Assembly: GCA_020536535.1 (NCBI GenBank)
Contig: JAHLWZ010000079.1
Coordinates: 23,469 to 87,468 of the forward strand
From: Pelomyxa schiedti
Lineage: Eukaryota; Protista; Evosea
Direction of reading: 5' to 3'
Length of the DNA: 64,000 bases
Position 1 is the first letter of the stretch. Each line of letters begins with the position of its first letter. Under the pieces are notes generated by a model. The model searched no databases. It was not told the origin of the DNA and saw only the letters and a program-made list of their open reading frames with translations. A program made the translations under genes and the position numbers. Shown here piece after piece: positions 11,884 through 35,095 of the stretch.

Positions 11884-13783
11884 ATGCAGCTCAAAATAAC
11901 ACCACTTCAGCTGTACCACATCGTGTTGGTGTGTGGCATGTTGCTCACTGGTTGCATCAACACACTCAGCAAGAAATTTCAGAACGATACCGAGTGCGTT
12001 GGTCGCTCTAACTAGCGAGCGATACTGGCGTCTTCATCCCCATCTCTTATTATATTATTGTGATTTTCGTGCTCATAAAAAATTTTTCTAGGTCTCCAGG
12101 GTATAATGGGGATGTACATTATTTTGCCCACCCTTGGTTTCAGACGTTGGTTATGTTTACTGGTTGGTTTAGTCATAACCTCTTGTAACACCCTTACTCT
12201 TTGAAGGCGAGTTCCTTTGCCTTATTGGGATAGTCATTCAAAGGCACCAGCAACGAGTGAAACAACTCACAGGTTGGTAACAGCAATCACTTGCCACTTT
12301 CTTGCTTACTTGACAAGAAACGCCTCTGGTTCATTTCAAGCACAAAGACCGGATTTTTCAATTGATATTGATTATCCCAACTTTACTTGATCTTCTCGGG
12401 TACAAAAATAATAATAATAATTCCACGTTTTCTACAGTAACACACATAAAGGACATCACTTGGAGGTTGGAGAGAAGGTTTCCCATACTTCCTAATTTTA
12501 ATATGTAGGAATTGGTCTGGTTTATGTTAGTGCTTCTGTGTGGCAGATGTTGCGAGGCTCCATTATCATTTTTACTGGCATCCTCTCTGTGGGTTTTCCT
12601 TTTTTCTTCCCTCCAACCCAATTTAAGTCTTTAATGTCTCCTTACCTTTCTTTCTCGTACAGAAATTTTTCTTGAAGCGCAAGCTTCTCCCTTATCGATG
12701 GTTTGCCATGTGTGTCACAATTGTTGGTCTAGTTTTGGTGGGAGTATCTGGACTACTGAGTGAGAATTTGTCAAATAAAGCATCCACATCTGGTTCCACA
12801 TCTTCATCAGAGGATTCCTCCGACAGTTATATGATGATTTTCGGTACTTTTTCATTTCATATTCTTTTCTAAATATGCTCAAGGAATGATCTGTATTCTT
12901 CTGGGGCAGCTGGTGGGAGCAATACAAATGTTTCCTAACACATTATCCAGATGTGGTTCTCACTAAACAATACAGGGTGATTGAAGAAAAGTTTCTTAAA
13001 TCAAGAGGACTTCAGCCCTTCCACGTTGTAGGAATGGAGGGATTTTTTGGCGTACTTCTCATGGCCTTTACTGTTTTACCATTCTTTTATGTTGTTCCTG
13101 GCAAACAGGTTTGTATTACCAGATGAAACCAGAAATTGATTACTTTTTAGGATTGTTCCCTCCGGTACCAAGATAAAGAAAACTCCATTGACGCAATCTT
13201 ACAAATTCTGCACAACTGGCAACTTGTTCTCTACGTTTTACTATATTTGTGTTCTATTGCTTTTTATAACTTCTTTGGATTGTCTGGTGTGATAGCCACC
13301 TCTTTTTTCCCCTTATTAATGTTGGCAGTGACAAAATCTTTGACATGCGTTCACCGCACCCTAATTGATGCTTGCCGGACCATTATTGTTTGGACGGTAG
13401 TTTCCCCCACCATCTTTACGCTACTAACATCTCTCAGGTCGATCTGTTTATATGGTATGTCATAGACGCTCCCCAATATGGTGAAGAGTGGACCATCTAC
13501 AGCTGGGTGCAAGGTTCCTCTCACCTCTCCGAATCCCTCATTTCCCTCCCCTTCCAACACCTCCCCAGTTGCCGGATTTCTCCTGCTGATCGGTGGTACA
13601 ATTCTCTATAATGGGATCATACACATACCAGGATTTGAGTACGAGGCACCGGCGGCACCACCCACAGCACCTCCCGCCACGTCCCCAACTGTCGAGGCTG
13701 GTGGCGAGAAGACTCCCCTCCTCAGCATCAATTCCGCACAGGACCCACCAAAGTGCACTTCTGGCACGGTACACACCGACTGA
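11884..13783 (+). CDS. SLC35F6: SLC35F6-like drug/metabolite (nucleotide-sugar) transporter; includes a 14-nt microexon at 12452-12465
   Basis: MLLTGCINTLSKK, FAHPWFQTLVMFTGEFLC, SASVWQMLRGSIIIF, VVGMEGFFG, SIAFYNFFGLS|VTKSLTCVHRTLIDACRT. Confidence 0.85.
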
Positions 13784-13785
13784 GA

Positions 13786-13795
13786 CCTTAAAAGG
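13786..13795. promoter_or_regulatory. Perfect CArG box CC(A/T)6GG upstream of the SRF-type gene
   Basis: CCTTAAAAGG, within GACCTTAAAAGGTC. One-mismatch boxes CCATTTATGT (13797-13806) and CCTAAATTGT (14106-14115) lie nearby. Confidence 0.4.
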
Positions 13796-14378
13796 TCCAT
13801 TTATGTGAAAAGTGCTCAGAGAATCGTGGACATCACGCGCTATCTAACGATTAACTTGAAGATAAACGCACCTCCTGGGAGATTGGTTTCAGGAGGCGCC
13901 ATTTTGATTGGTTTCTATTTACGTCAATTGCCTAAAACCAACTGCAACATCAAGACCAAAAAAAGGGCTACCAGAAATAAATAATCGAACCAACCGAAAA
14001 TAAAATTTTTCCTCCCTTTTGCCCATTGCGGCACAAAAACAACAAGCACAAATCAACAAACCAAAAAACAAACCAAAAAAGAAAGCCACCTGCCATAGTC
14101 GACATCCTAAATTGTATGCCTTCCCATTTCGTCCTGTTGCCTCTTTACCATTCCGTACCCCCTCACAACCCGCAAAAGAAATAAAACATCACAGCGATGT
14201 CCCCCCGCGTCGTCAAAACACGCAACGCCTTACATACACATGACCTTTCTTGTTGTCGCTCGTCGCCTGTTGCTTCGTGTTGTGTCTGTTTATTTTATTG
14301 TTGTTGTTTACTGTGCCCACTTCCTTTTTTTTTTTCTCTTTTCCCCCTATGTAATGGTGTAACGTCAGAGGGTACATA

Positions 14379-16437
14379 ATGACGGAAACTACCCCTATTC
14401 AAGAGGCTGGACAGAAAAGGCCACGCGGATCAACGGTATCATACCATTCATCGGGTTTTGTCTTCTTACCTTGTTTCCTTTTCCTTTGCCTTTACTTTTG
14501 TACTTTTCAGCAAGGTAGCGAGGAGGACCCTGACTCTGACACCAATGACGAGGTTGCTGAGGATGACGACGACGATGATTATGAGGAATCCAACACTACA
14601 GGGGTGCGAAATCAACATCCTCCTCAGCACCGGAATCCTGTGAAAACCCGCTCTGGTCCGCCGTCTCCAACGAGGATTGGGGCCGCACCACCACCACCGC
14701 CCAACCAGCAGCCTCAGGTACCTGAGGGTGGTGCTACTGAACCGGTGTCACAGAGGAGGAGGTTGTCTGAATTGGCTCAACCCCAAATTCCTATTTCTAC
14801 ACATGGCCCAACTGAGGAGCAACAAATGCAATTGGCGCAGTTGCAACAACAGCTACAACAGCAAGTGAGCATGCAACTTCTGCCTTCTGGGGTGCAAATA
14901 CCACAACTACTGCGACAGCTTATAGGAGATGACCCTACTCGTGGTGACGTGAAATATGGACCTGAAGAAGTAAGCCCACTTCATTTTCAATCTCTTCATA
15001 ACAGCTGTTTTTTTCGAACTAAAGCTTAGGCAACTTGAAGCGTACACCAAATCAATGGTATCTGCTCCTCAGATGCAGCAACCTCTTGCAACAGCACCCC
15101 CCAGTACTATTTCACCTATGTCAAAAACTCAATCTGCATCCCAACTGACCCCGGTGGTAGCACAGCCACCAGTCCCTCAGCAGGTGCAAACTCAGCCATG
15201 TTCTACATCGCAGCGCCCGCCATCGCCTGCTGTAACCCCAAGTTCCCAGCCCATAGGAATTGCGATACACGACGAAACACATCTGTATAACTTCCACTTG
15301 AAATTTCCTCTAATTGTTGTAGGATGCAGGAAAATCCCCCGCCGTCACCTCAAAGACCTCAAAAGAAATTGGGTCGAAGAAAAATTAACATTGAATTCAT
15401 TGAAGACAAAAGTAGGAGGCACATAACATTTTCCAAGAGGAAAGCCGGCATTATGAAGAAGGTAGTAACATTAAAAGTACTTTTGGTATTAACAGTGCAC
15501 CAGGCCTACGAACTGAGCACATTGACAGGCACTCAAGTGTTGCTATTGGTTGCTTCAGAAACAGGTCATGTGTACACGTTTGCCACACCTAAACTTCAAC
15601 CGTTGATTACCAAACCTGAGGGGAAACAAATGATCCAGGTTAGTTAAGCAGTCCGTACTTTGATTATTGCTTATCTGAAGTAGGGTTGCCTTAATTCCGC
15701 AGTAGATGCTCCAGGATCACCAGGGGGCAGGGAGTCACCCCCAACAACACCCACACCGCCTCCGGCGTCCAAGTGTACCTCGGTGCCACGAACATCATCT
15801 GCAGCGTCAGGTACACCATCTCCTGAAAGTGTACCCAAACAGGAACACCATCACCGACAGGCACCGATGCCCCAAACACAACCGCAACCCTCACCTCAGC
15901 AACAACAACTCCAACAATTACAACAACTACAACAGCAGCAACTCGCACAACAATTAGAAGCACAGGTAGCGCAAACAGGTCTCTCATTGGACAAGCTACT
16001 ACCCCTTGCAATGGCCGACATGAACTACAACCAGCGATATGTGAATACCTTGCTTGAGAATGTATCTTCACACATTTTACTCCCTCCCCTAACCTGAACT
16101 GCAGCAATATCTGTGGTCATCCGGAAACCAGCTGAGTCAGAATTTGATGATGCTTCTTAACAGCAACCCTGGCAACACACAACCGCAGGCCACACAACCG
16201 GCATCAACAGCTCACACCCAACAACTCCTATCCGGACTCATGCAGAACCCACCGTTAGCCGGATCCAACATCAGTGCTTCCCTAGAAGGTAATACTTTCT
16301 CCCAAATACTTTAACCTGTTCCTAACACACCAACAGGTCTTGCAGAGAGGTGGCCAGGCCTAGCCAACTATACAAGGAATGGGGGAGCCGGTATTGGGGG
16401 TGTGAACACACAGCCGCCTGCTTCTCCTAACCTGTGA
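14379..16437 (+). CDS. SRF: SRF/MCM1-type MADS-box transcription factor with Q/P-rich flanks
   Basis: GRRKINIEFIEDKSRRHITFSKRKAGIMKK|AYELSTLTGTQVLLLVASETGHVYTFATPKLQPLIT is a type I MADS box plus SAM region. Confidence 0.92.
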
Positions 16438-16567
16438 TAGTCCCCCTACCACTCACACCTTGTTTGATTCTTCCACCTTTCACCAAGTTTGTGTAGCAAT
16501 AAAATTTTTTGGGATTTTTCTTTCTTTTCTCTTGTTCCTTTTCTTACACAACTGGGATAGTGGGTAT

Positions 16568-25063
<8,496 letters not shown>

Positions 25064-25245
25064 TTTGTCGTATCACCGCACCGCACGCGTAGCTTGTTGT
25101 CGGTGGGTTTTTTTTTCTTTTTGTTTTTATTGTTTTCTTGCCGGGGCTCTTGGTTCTGCAGTTGCGAGAAAAGAAAACTTCCTTTAGATTAGAAAATTCT
25201 AACCAAACACGAAAAACTACACGTGCATGTGTAGTGTGAATGCTA

Positions 25246-26479
<1,234 letters not shown>

Positions 26480-27179
26480 CACCTCGCCCTGGTTTTTTTT
26501 TTTTTGTTTTTTGTTCAGCAGATCCTTCTTTTTTGTCGCCACTCCTTGTCATCAATCTTGTTTTTTTTTCCCTTTGTGAATCATTTGATCAGTGAGGCGT
26601 CGCTGCACTCCAATACACACAAATAAGGTAGACATGGAGAAGAAAAGAGTCGCTTTGTTTTGCTTTTTTAACAATGTAGCAGCAAAATAGAATTACAGGA
26701 TGCAGGGAGAGGAAGTATCGACAGCGAGGACCACCGTTTTTTACATAATCGCGGTGCTGATTTCCCTCCACGTTCTCGCTTTTGTGTGTATTCCTAGTCG
26801 CTGCCTTCAAAACGTTTTTTTCCTCAACGACAATTCTCCGTCCCAGCTTGTTTGGGTGTACCTGGCAGTTTCCGGACCGTCTGCTGATCCAAAGAAAAAA
26901 CGCTAGGTGATTTATGAGTGGCACGCAAGATTCACCTTAGCACCAAAAGGACGCACAACATCGTTGACTCTAGAGACACAAGGACAAGTTGGCCGGGGGT
27001 GAACTGTTGGCCCAAAATGTAATGTGGACAAAACAAGAATTGGCCGTTTCTACGAAGTGTGAATTCCACATTTTTTTGTCAGCTGGGGTGTGAAGCAACG
27101 TCAGGCGTTCTTGATCAATCGCGAAAGCGGTCCGAAGGGAAAAAAAACAACGTGAGTCAGATAGATACCCAACCACAAT

Positions 27180-30100
27180 ATGAGCAAGACCACCAACAGC
27201 AGCAGTAACAGCTGCAGCAGTGCCCCCGTCATGGGCCCCGTCTCCCGCTGGTCCCTCCTACGCACAAACCTGGGCCCACTAGGCAAGCACATCGGCACAG
27301 GCAACAGCAGCAGCAACACCAACAACGCAGCGTCGGTCGGGCCCACGACCCCAACGACGACAGCAACAACGACGCCGGGATCTACGAGCACGTGCAGCAG
27401 CAAGGAGTGCTCCATGGCCTCGTGCTTCCCCACTTACCCCCTGCCGACGTCGTCGTGCCGCTCCTGCGGCTCCTCGTCCTCGTCGCCCCCGCCGTCGTCG
27501 CCGCCCCCTACCTCGGTCGTGTTCCCCACGCCCGAGGCCCGCGACCACGCCACCAAGCAGCAGGCCGCCGACGACCAAGGGGACCCCGGCGGGGCCACAC
27601 GCAGCAGGGCGCGGTCGCGCTCGACCCCGGACGCGTACGAGGGCGCGGTGCCGCCGAACATGGCCCTGAAGCAGCAGCAGCAGCAGGAGCAGGAGCAGCA
27701 GGGGCCGCCGCAGTTGCAGCAGCTGCGGACTTCGGGGATATCGAACACCCCGCCGGCGTCGCCGTCGCCGTCGCACCCCTCGTCGGCTTCGCCTTCTCCT
27801 TCTAGGTCGCCTGTGACTTCGTCCTGGCTGTCGTCTTCGCCGAATACAACCGGAGTGCATTCTCCGGCTTCTCCTACGTTTCAGCGGACTAGGCTGGGGT
27901 GCTTACTGGGAAATAATTCTTCTCCTCCTGGTGGTCCGTCTCCTTCCTCGGCCTCATCAACACAGTTAGCTGTGGAGCAATCTTCGAGGATCACGCCGGA
28001 AAACGCAGTCTTGGAGCCCATACTAAAACAAGACCTGTTGGGGCCCTCATCGGAAAGTGCACAGACCACTCAGCAGGCTCAATGTGAAGCCCAACAATCC
28101 AATGGAATTACACAACAACAACTAGCAATGTTGCACATACTGCAACTGCAACAATTACAGCAACTGCAACAAATACAACAACAGCTACAAGACCAAGAGC
28201 AACTGATGATTATACAGCAACTTCTACAATACTACCAACAAGTTCAGACTCTTCAATTAAAACTACACCAGCAACGTTTTGCCTCGGCGCTACCTGATTG
28301 CGATCCTTCCTTATCTTTCTCAGGAGAAATGCCCTCCCTCCCTACAGCATCCATGTCTATGTCTCTTCCTGAATCAAGTGGCCTTTCCTCGCTGTTCATA
28401 AATTCAACCCAGAAAGAGAACTTGAGTTCAAGTTTCAATGCAACCTCAACAACACCCACATCTCCTGTTCAACGGGATTATCGTTTCAGTACTGGTGTAG
28501 GAGTCGGAATCGCAGGTCTTGTTGGCACCATTGGAACTTCATCTGCCACTGAGGTTATTGTCTCCCGCCGTGCTTGTGCATTGAACAAGAGTGGGTATGT
28601 TGGAGGGGAGTGCTGCTTGCACGAAACAGTTGATCTAGCAGCTGAGAGAATGCTGCACGAAATCCGACACATCGAATCTGATGTTTCTTATTATGCAACT
28701 CTGAAAGGTAAGCTGTAGAGCCTCTCGCACTGCATTACTCACCTCTTTCTCTCCGTTTATAGAACAGTTACGAGTTAAACTTAGAGAGGCAGAGCACGAA
28801 GAAATCAAGGTGAGATAGTCTTTGCCTTCCTCGATTTCTCCCTTACTTCACTAGAGAGTTGCCCTACTACTTTGCAAGAAAGCGGATCTTAGACGGACGT
28901 TAGAGCTCCCAAGATTGATATTTAATACACCCATACATCAGTCATTGATTACAACTATAAGCGATCCCTACTTCCCCCTCACAGATGCCCTACCTCAGGT
29001 TAGTTCGTACTGCAGAAGTGCCACTTACGTACTTATTGTCTCCTAGAGATTCGTTTCTCAACATAGCTTCACCCCTGAATGCTGTGTAATATTAAATAAT
29101 GCTCAAGAACCAGACAAGATCCGTAAGCACGGAGAGGTGTTAAGTGCACTGACAGTCAGCACGTACCCCATGGATTTAAAAGCAAACCTTCAAGTTGGCA
29201 GTCCTATATGTGACTGTTACACTGCATGCCTGTGCCCCGCTGGGTCAGCTTTTATTTCCATTGCTGATGGGTGTAAGTGACTTTTTGTTTGAATACTTTT
29301 ATGACGAAAAAAACAGGCAATTGGGGAGCCAAACCCCGCGAAGCAGCCTGTCGCGCATCAAGTGCTTTTGTGAATTACCTTTTGGAAAATTACATCTTCA
29401 GGAACGATAGCGACTTGTACATATTTTAACGCTGTTGAACTAAAATGATCTAATTCCTGTTAGGCATAAGACATCCGTCCGGGAGTATGGTGCACTAATG
29501 CTCCAGGCTCTAGCACATGCGCACAATAGTATTGTCATTGATAAAAAGGAAAAGTCAGAAGTTGGCACAACTACCCTTCTTGGCATAGCTCTTGTTCCCT
29601 TAAAGGTATTTGTCTTATTTTGGATATGTGTTCTCGTTTTCTAAACTAATATCCGATTCAGTTGGACTTTACAGAAGAACCCCCATGTAATCTTCCTACA
29701 CCTTATGTGTTTACTCATAATGCCTAGCACTCGATCCAAAATGGGCATGCATTGCTCTTAGTATTGGTGACTGCAAAGTGTGTCATTCATATACCTTGAC
29801 TTCCTGTAACACTGTCACAAGGCCTTCCGGTGGTCAACTAAGGACAAGCAAATATACGAAATCAGCACAGGGAATCGTGAGACTTTGGATGCTACAGATC
29901 CAGGAGGAAGGCTAGGTCCCTACCTTGAATCTGGATCCCCCGATTTGCGGAATTTAAGTTTTTTCTACACCACTTTTGACAAAGGGGATCTGCTTATATG
30001 CATGAGGTAAGTTCTGTTTGGCTTGGAGTTTCTTTGACAAACCGAAGTGATGGCGTGCATGATAACATTGATCCGGCCTCTCTTGGAATAGAACCATCGG

Positions 30101-30501
30101 CACTATGTACAACACTTGGTCCAACTACCTGGGATACGTTGGCTTCCACTAATCCCCAGATGTTTACACAACTGCGGGAACAATTCATGTATACCCTACC
30201 ACTCAATTGAGCAAATAATCATTTTTTACAGGACAAGAAAACTATGCGAACTAGTATGTGGAGGAGGAGGACACCCAGGCCCAACTGAGGGTATTGTGCA
30301 AAGAATCATTCAACACTGCATCAATTTGACAGCCGGGAGCAGGTTACCACATAGTTCGCCCTAGTGTACACCCACTTACATTCACACAGGCAGTGGATGG
30401 AAGAGCACCCCAACCGCAGACTCCCTAAAGATTACACCCAATTCCCTGGAAAGTTGGACCACACAACTTGTGTTGCACTGTATATACAACCTGATTGGTA
30501 G
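27180..30501 (+). CDS. PP2C-like (PPM, CG9801-type) phosphatase with a long S/P/Q-rich N-terminus
   Basis: TVSTYP..GSPICD..IADG|CNWG..REAA, GTTTLLG, SIGDCK|AF, DPGGRLGP..PDLRNL, SDGVHDNIDP, GKLDHTTC. Confidence 0.8.
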
Positions 30502-30642
30502 GTAGGCCACTTCCAAATTCCCAATCACTCACATGCACACAGGTAGAAGGTTTTTGGCACTGTAAAAAACAAATTAACTTGTAAACTATACAACAGAACT
30601 AGATTTTTCCCTGAGTTTGACTTTTTAAAAAAAAAAACGAGA

Positions 30643-31241
30643 ATGATGAAGGGTGTTGTGGCGATGGTGGTCGCAGCGGCATTATGGGGCTGCACGAATC
30701 CCTTCTTGAAGAAAGGTTGCACCGGAGTTACTGCCGCAAACGACCCACAATGGTGTGTCGTTGTGGTGCAGTGAAATAACAACGCCGAGCCGGTGATTTA
30801 ACAATGTAAGTGAACAGCCCTGATGGGGTCGTTGCTCAAATTTCGAGGAAATGCGGGTACTTGGCTGCTCGAAAACAGGTATTCCTTTGTCTTTCCTTTA
30901 TGCTTGGAGAATTGACACCATTTTGGAAGTTTTTTATCCCTTTCCTCATAAACCAGTGTGGAGGCATTGCATTCTTTTTTGCCTTGAGGTTTTCAGGCAA
31001 CTATTGCTATTAATTTTTCTCATTCTCTCACCATCCATTTATTGGCTGCAGCCGTATCAACAGCCGTTCCTGTTGTTAACTCTCTTACATTTATCTTTAC
31101 TGCCTTTGTAAGTTGGTTATTGAACGAACAACTCACCAAAGGTACGAATGTAGTCCATGAATTTCTCCTATTGACCTCTTGCCAGAAACTCTTTTTGCTT
31201 GTATCCTAATCATAGCTGGTGTTTCCCTGTGCGTAATCTGA
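30643..31241 (+). CDS. TMEM234: TMEM234 (small DMT-fold membrane protein)
   Basis: ALWGCTNPFLKKG, FFIPFLINQCGGIAFF, AVPVVNSLTFIFT, LIIAGVSLC. Confidence 0.85.
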
Positions 31242-31564
31242 CACCGACAATAAAAGATGAATAGCCATCTACCACCGAAATCAGAACCACATACCCAGAT
31301 TAGGTGTAACACAAGAACACCAGAGATCCCATCCATTCCCAGAAATCACCCAACGTCTCGTAATACTAATTGTCTCCTTTAATTTCTCGCTTCGTCGCCA
31401 GTCACTCTCCACAGGGCACGACTGCGGATAGCTTCTGCATCTCTTAGGCTCCGTAAATAGACCGCGAGTCAAAGTGCACCAAACAAATAAAAAGTCCTTC
31501 TGCAATTTGGTTAACAAAAGAAAGAAAAAAAGCCCAAAAAAAAAAACAAAAGTCGTTTACGTCG

Positions 31565-34500
31565 ATGTCGTCATCGGCAGTTGTGTCGTCAACGCAGCCG
31601 GGTACCGAGCAAGGTGTGTAGTGGTCGTTTGTGTACTTGTTGTCGTGTGTTACCGACTACTTTTTTTAGAGTCCGATGACAGCCAGTCCATGTTCCAGGT
31701 GATCGACGGCGAAGCTAAATTCGCGTGTGTTAATGCCTCTCCTGTTTTTTTTGTGCTTTTTTGTGGTGCTGATGCGACCCGTTAGGAGCGAGGATGTACC
31801 CGACAGAGTTCCATTTAATACATGGCTGTCTTCCCATAAACAGTTTATGGGACGAGCTAATGACTACCACGTTGTTGCCATCTTGGGTGCTCAGAGTAGC
31901 GGCAAAAGTACATACGCCACTTAATTAATAGAGCATGTACTGAAATTGGATAGGTACCCTTCTGAACCTCCTTTTCAGTACCAACTTCAAGGTGATGAAT
32001 GCTGCTATTGCTCGCACAAGGACAACCCACGGTGTTTGGGTAGGAATCCCTGAGATAATGCCACCAGGTGGAAATATAAACTTGTTTTTTTTGTGCCTGA
32101 CATTATGCCAGGAAGGGAGGGAAGTCTCATGGTTCTTGACCTTGAAGGTACTGATGGTGGTGTGCGCGCGGATGACTACAGTTTTGAACGGAAAACTAGC
32201 TTGTTCTCTCTTGCCATCGCCAGTGTGCTCATGGTCAATGTATGGTACCAAGACATTGGGAGGTATCAAGCGTCAAACTTTGGTCTCTTAAGGACTGTGT
32301 TTGAACTGGACCTTCAGTTATTCCAACGTGAAACGTATGTTGCACCCCCGCATGACGTTTTCTTATATATTCCAGTGGAACAAAGACACTTGTCATTTTT
32401 GTCATTCGTGACCACGTTGAGACACCTTTTGAGTCTCTTGTAGCTGATATTCGCTCTGCATTGATGACCACCTGGGAAAAGATCTCGAAGGTTACCTCTT
32501 CTTTTTTTTTTTTTTTTTATACCCCATATAATATTTGGTAGCCCCCACAATTTACCAATTCACCTCCGGAGCAATTCTTTGATTTCGAGTTCATTGCTTT
32601 CCCTCACATGAAATATATGAAAGAAGAGTTCAGCAAAGCTATCGCCTCTTTCCGTGATAGGTTAATAACAAAAAGCTTCCACTTCGAGTTAACATATGAC
32701 AGGTTTATTAATGCAGAGAACCCTGGCTTCCTTTTAAACCCAAAGTACCAGAAGCGCGACCTTCCTTCGGATGGACTTCCCCATTTTGCAAGTGAGATAT
32801 GGGTACGCCTTCGCGGTTCTATGTCCCGTTACTGATGTTGTTACAGAAAGTTATCCAATCGAACAGAGATCTGGATCTTCCTGGGCAGAGGGAGTTGCTC
32901 GCCATGTTTAGGTAAGTATCCTATGAGGTGAGGTGCTGAACTCTAATTCCGTAAAGGTGTGAAGAAATCATGGAGACTGCCTTTAAGACGTTCTTGGCCA
33001 ATATAGAATCCTCTGGTTTACGAGCCAATGAAATTATCCCAGATTTTGGGAAAAAAGCTTATGAGGTTTACACGCAATGCATAGGTACGAACATAGTCTT
33101 ACGTCCCCCGTCTAATACAACCAGCTGAATACAGGAAGCATGGTATAAGATATGTTGCTGATGTCAGTGAGAAGAAGCAACAGACACTAAGAGAACGAGC
33201 TCTTAATGTACAACACAATCCTCTACCACTAAATCGCTCCTCTTTTTTTCTAATTCATCTTACAATGAAGGAACTCTGGCATCTCTTCAACAACCAAATA
33301 ACCCTCGCCTCCAATGACTGTTTAATGAAACTTGATGCTGTCTTGAACCGCATCAACGCAAATACGGTTCCTATTGAAGAAGTTGGCCAGACTTTACTCA
33401 AGGCCTCTGAAGATTGTCTTTCCACGTGGAAGACCATGGCAAAAGGTGTTCCACCCCTCCTTTGGTGGCTTGAAGTAGTAACTTGTTTCAGCTTGTATTA
33501 TGGAGGAAACGGACTGGACTTTCGAGAGGGAGGGAACCCAATTAGAGCAAGATGTGGGCAAACGTGTAATCGAAGCCAAGCAAGCACAACTAATACGACT
33601 TATGGACATATGCAAGGTACACTGATTTGCCAACATTTTCTTCTAAACTTGTATAGTCCAAGTTTGAGGCGGAGTTTGCCCCTGTTGTTGCAAAAGCGAT
33701 GGAAGACTCCAGAGAGGATATGTGGAATATCATCCGCAATGCCTACAGGTAAGAAGCCCTTCTGCCATACTGTTTCTCAGTTTATTAGGGATAAACTCCT
33801 GGAAGTAAATGGCTTCTTAGTGAACATCTTGACTCAGGGTACCCCTTTCCTCCCTTTATTACGAACTTAGTATCACAGGATTTAAATGTCCTCAGTCTGA
33901 GCTTGAGCGTCAATCAAACAGTCTTCAGGCGTTCACCATAGAACTGTTCTTTGGCCGAGTAAAGCAAAAAGCTGAAGTTTGTCAGTTCAAGATGGAAAAG
34001 AGGTACAGTCCAGTCCCAAGACAATTTTCTCAATTTTGTAGGTTCACAGATAAATTCTGGATGGATCCAAGCGGCCTCCCAAGAATATGGAAACCAAAGG
34101 ATAACATGCGACAAACTTTCTTTGTTGCAAAGGACCATGTACTTAATGTTACTGCCAGCCAAAAACTAATGGCTCCACTTCAAGGGTGAACAAGTTCTAG
34201 ACTTGTATGCCTACATGAGAATGCAAAAACCAGAGGACACATTCACATTCTTCGAGAAGCCGGAGGTTCCCCTCACACACAATACGCTTTTGGACGTGCC
34301 CACAAAGAGTTTGTAACCAACACTTATTAGTTTGTTGCTTACAAAAACCAGAACTTGTTGGTGGCACAGCACCCATCGATCCCAGCCGCGTTGTAATTCA
34401 AACCAATGACCGCAGGCATATTTGGGACAACTATTGTGCCAAGACCCAGTCGGAATTCATGAAAGCGCAGCGTGACCAAGTACGCGAAATTTCTTATTTA

Positions 34501-34935
34501 ACACGCCGAATAACGTGCACGAAGGAACAATCCAACTCCCGCGTCCACATTCCTCTGTTTGTAGTCGGGCTGATTGTAATCCTTGGGTTCAACGAATTCA
34601 AGTACGTTCTCTTCAACCCTCTGCTGCTGATGCTCTGCATTCTCCTTGGCGGGCTCACCTACCTCGTCTGGATTCTCAACCTCGGCGGAGTTGCCGAGAC
34701 CGTGTTCCGCACACTCACCTCCATCACGCTCACATCCATCCGCGACATCGTAACAACCAAGCTGTTCCCGGCACCACCCCCCACACCAACCACCCCCACC
34801 GACGCACCCAAATCTGATTCAACAACCCAGAACACAGTGCGGGCCTCACTCTCCACCACAGCGAACCAAGCCACCGCTGCCACATTCGCGGCGCTATCCT
34901 CGGCACTCACTGCTCAGAACAAACAGTCCTCCTAG
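31565..34935 (+). CDS. SEY1: SEY1/RHD3 atlastin-like ER-fusion GTPase
   Basis: [15 protein letters not shown]|[62 protein letters not shown]|[13 protein letters not shown]-terminal hairpin [16 protein letters not shown]. Confidence 0.95.
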
Positions 34936-35095
34936 CTCTCCCTCCCTGAACAACGAGCACCACCAACCGATAGACTCCAGTCCCGGAACCAGAAAAACTA
35001 AAAGGCACTTTTGACTTTTCGTTTTTGTCGACATAAAAACTTTTTCTCGGAGGTTGTGTTCCCCTAAACAACCAAATAAATCACAACAAGTCGCC

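Noticed and set aside
13958-13972. U11 snRNA 5'-like AAAAAGGGCT
   Set aside because: Similarity stops after 10 nt; no stem-loops or Sm site follow.
25216-25235. Hairpin ACTACAC-GTGCAT-GTGTAGT after the Rab6 stop
   Set aside because: A 7-bp stem is within chance expectation, and I saw no second copy.
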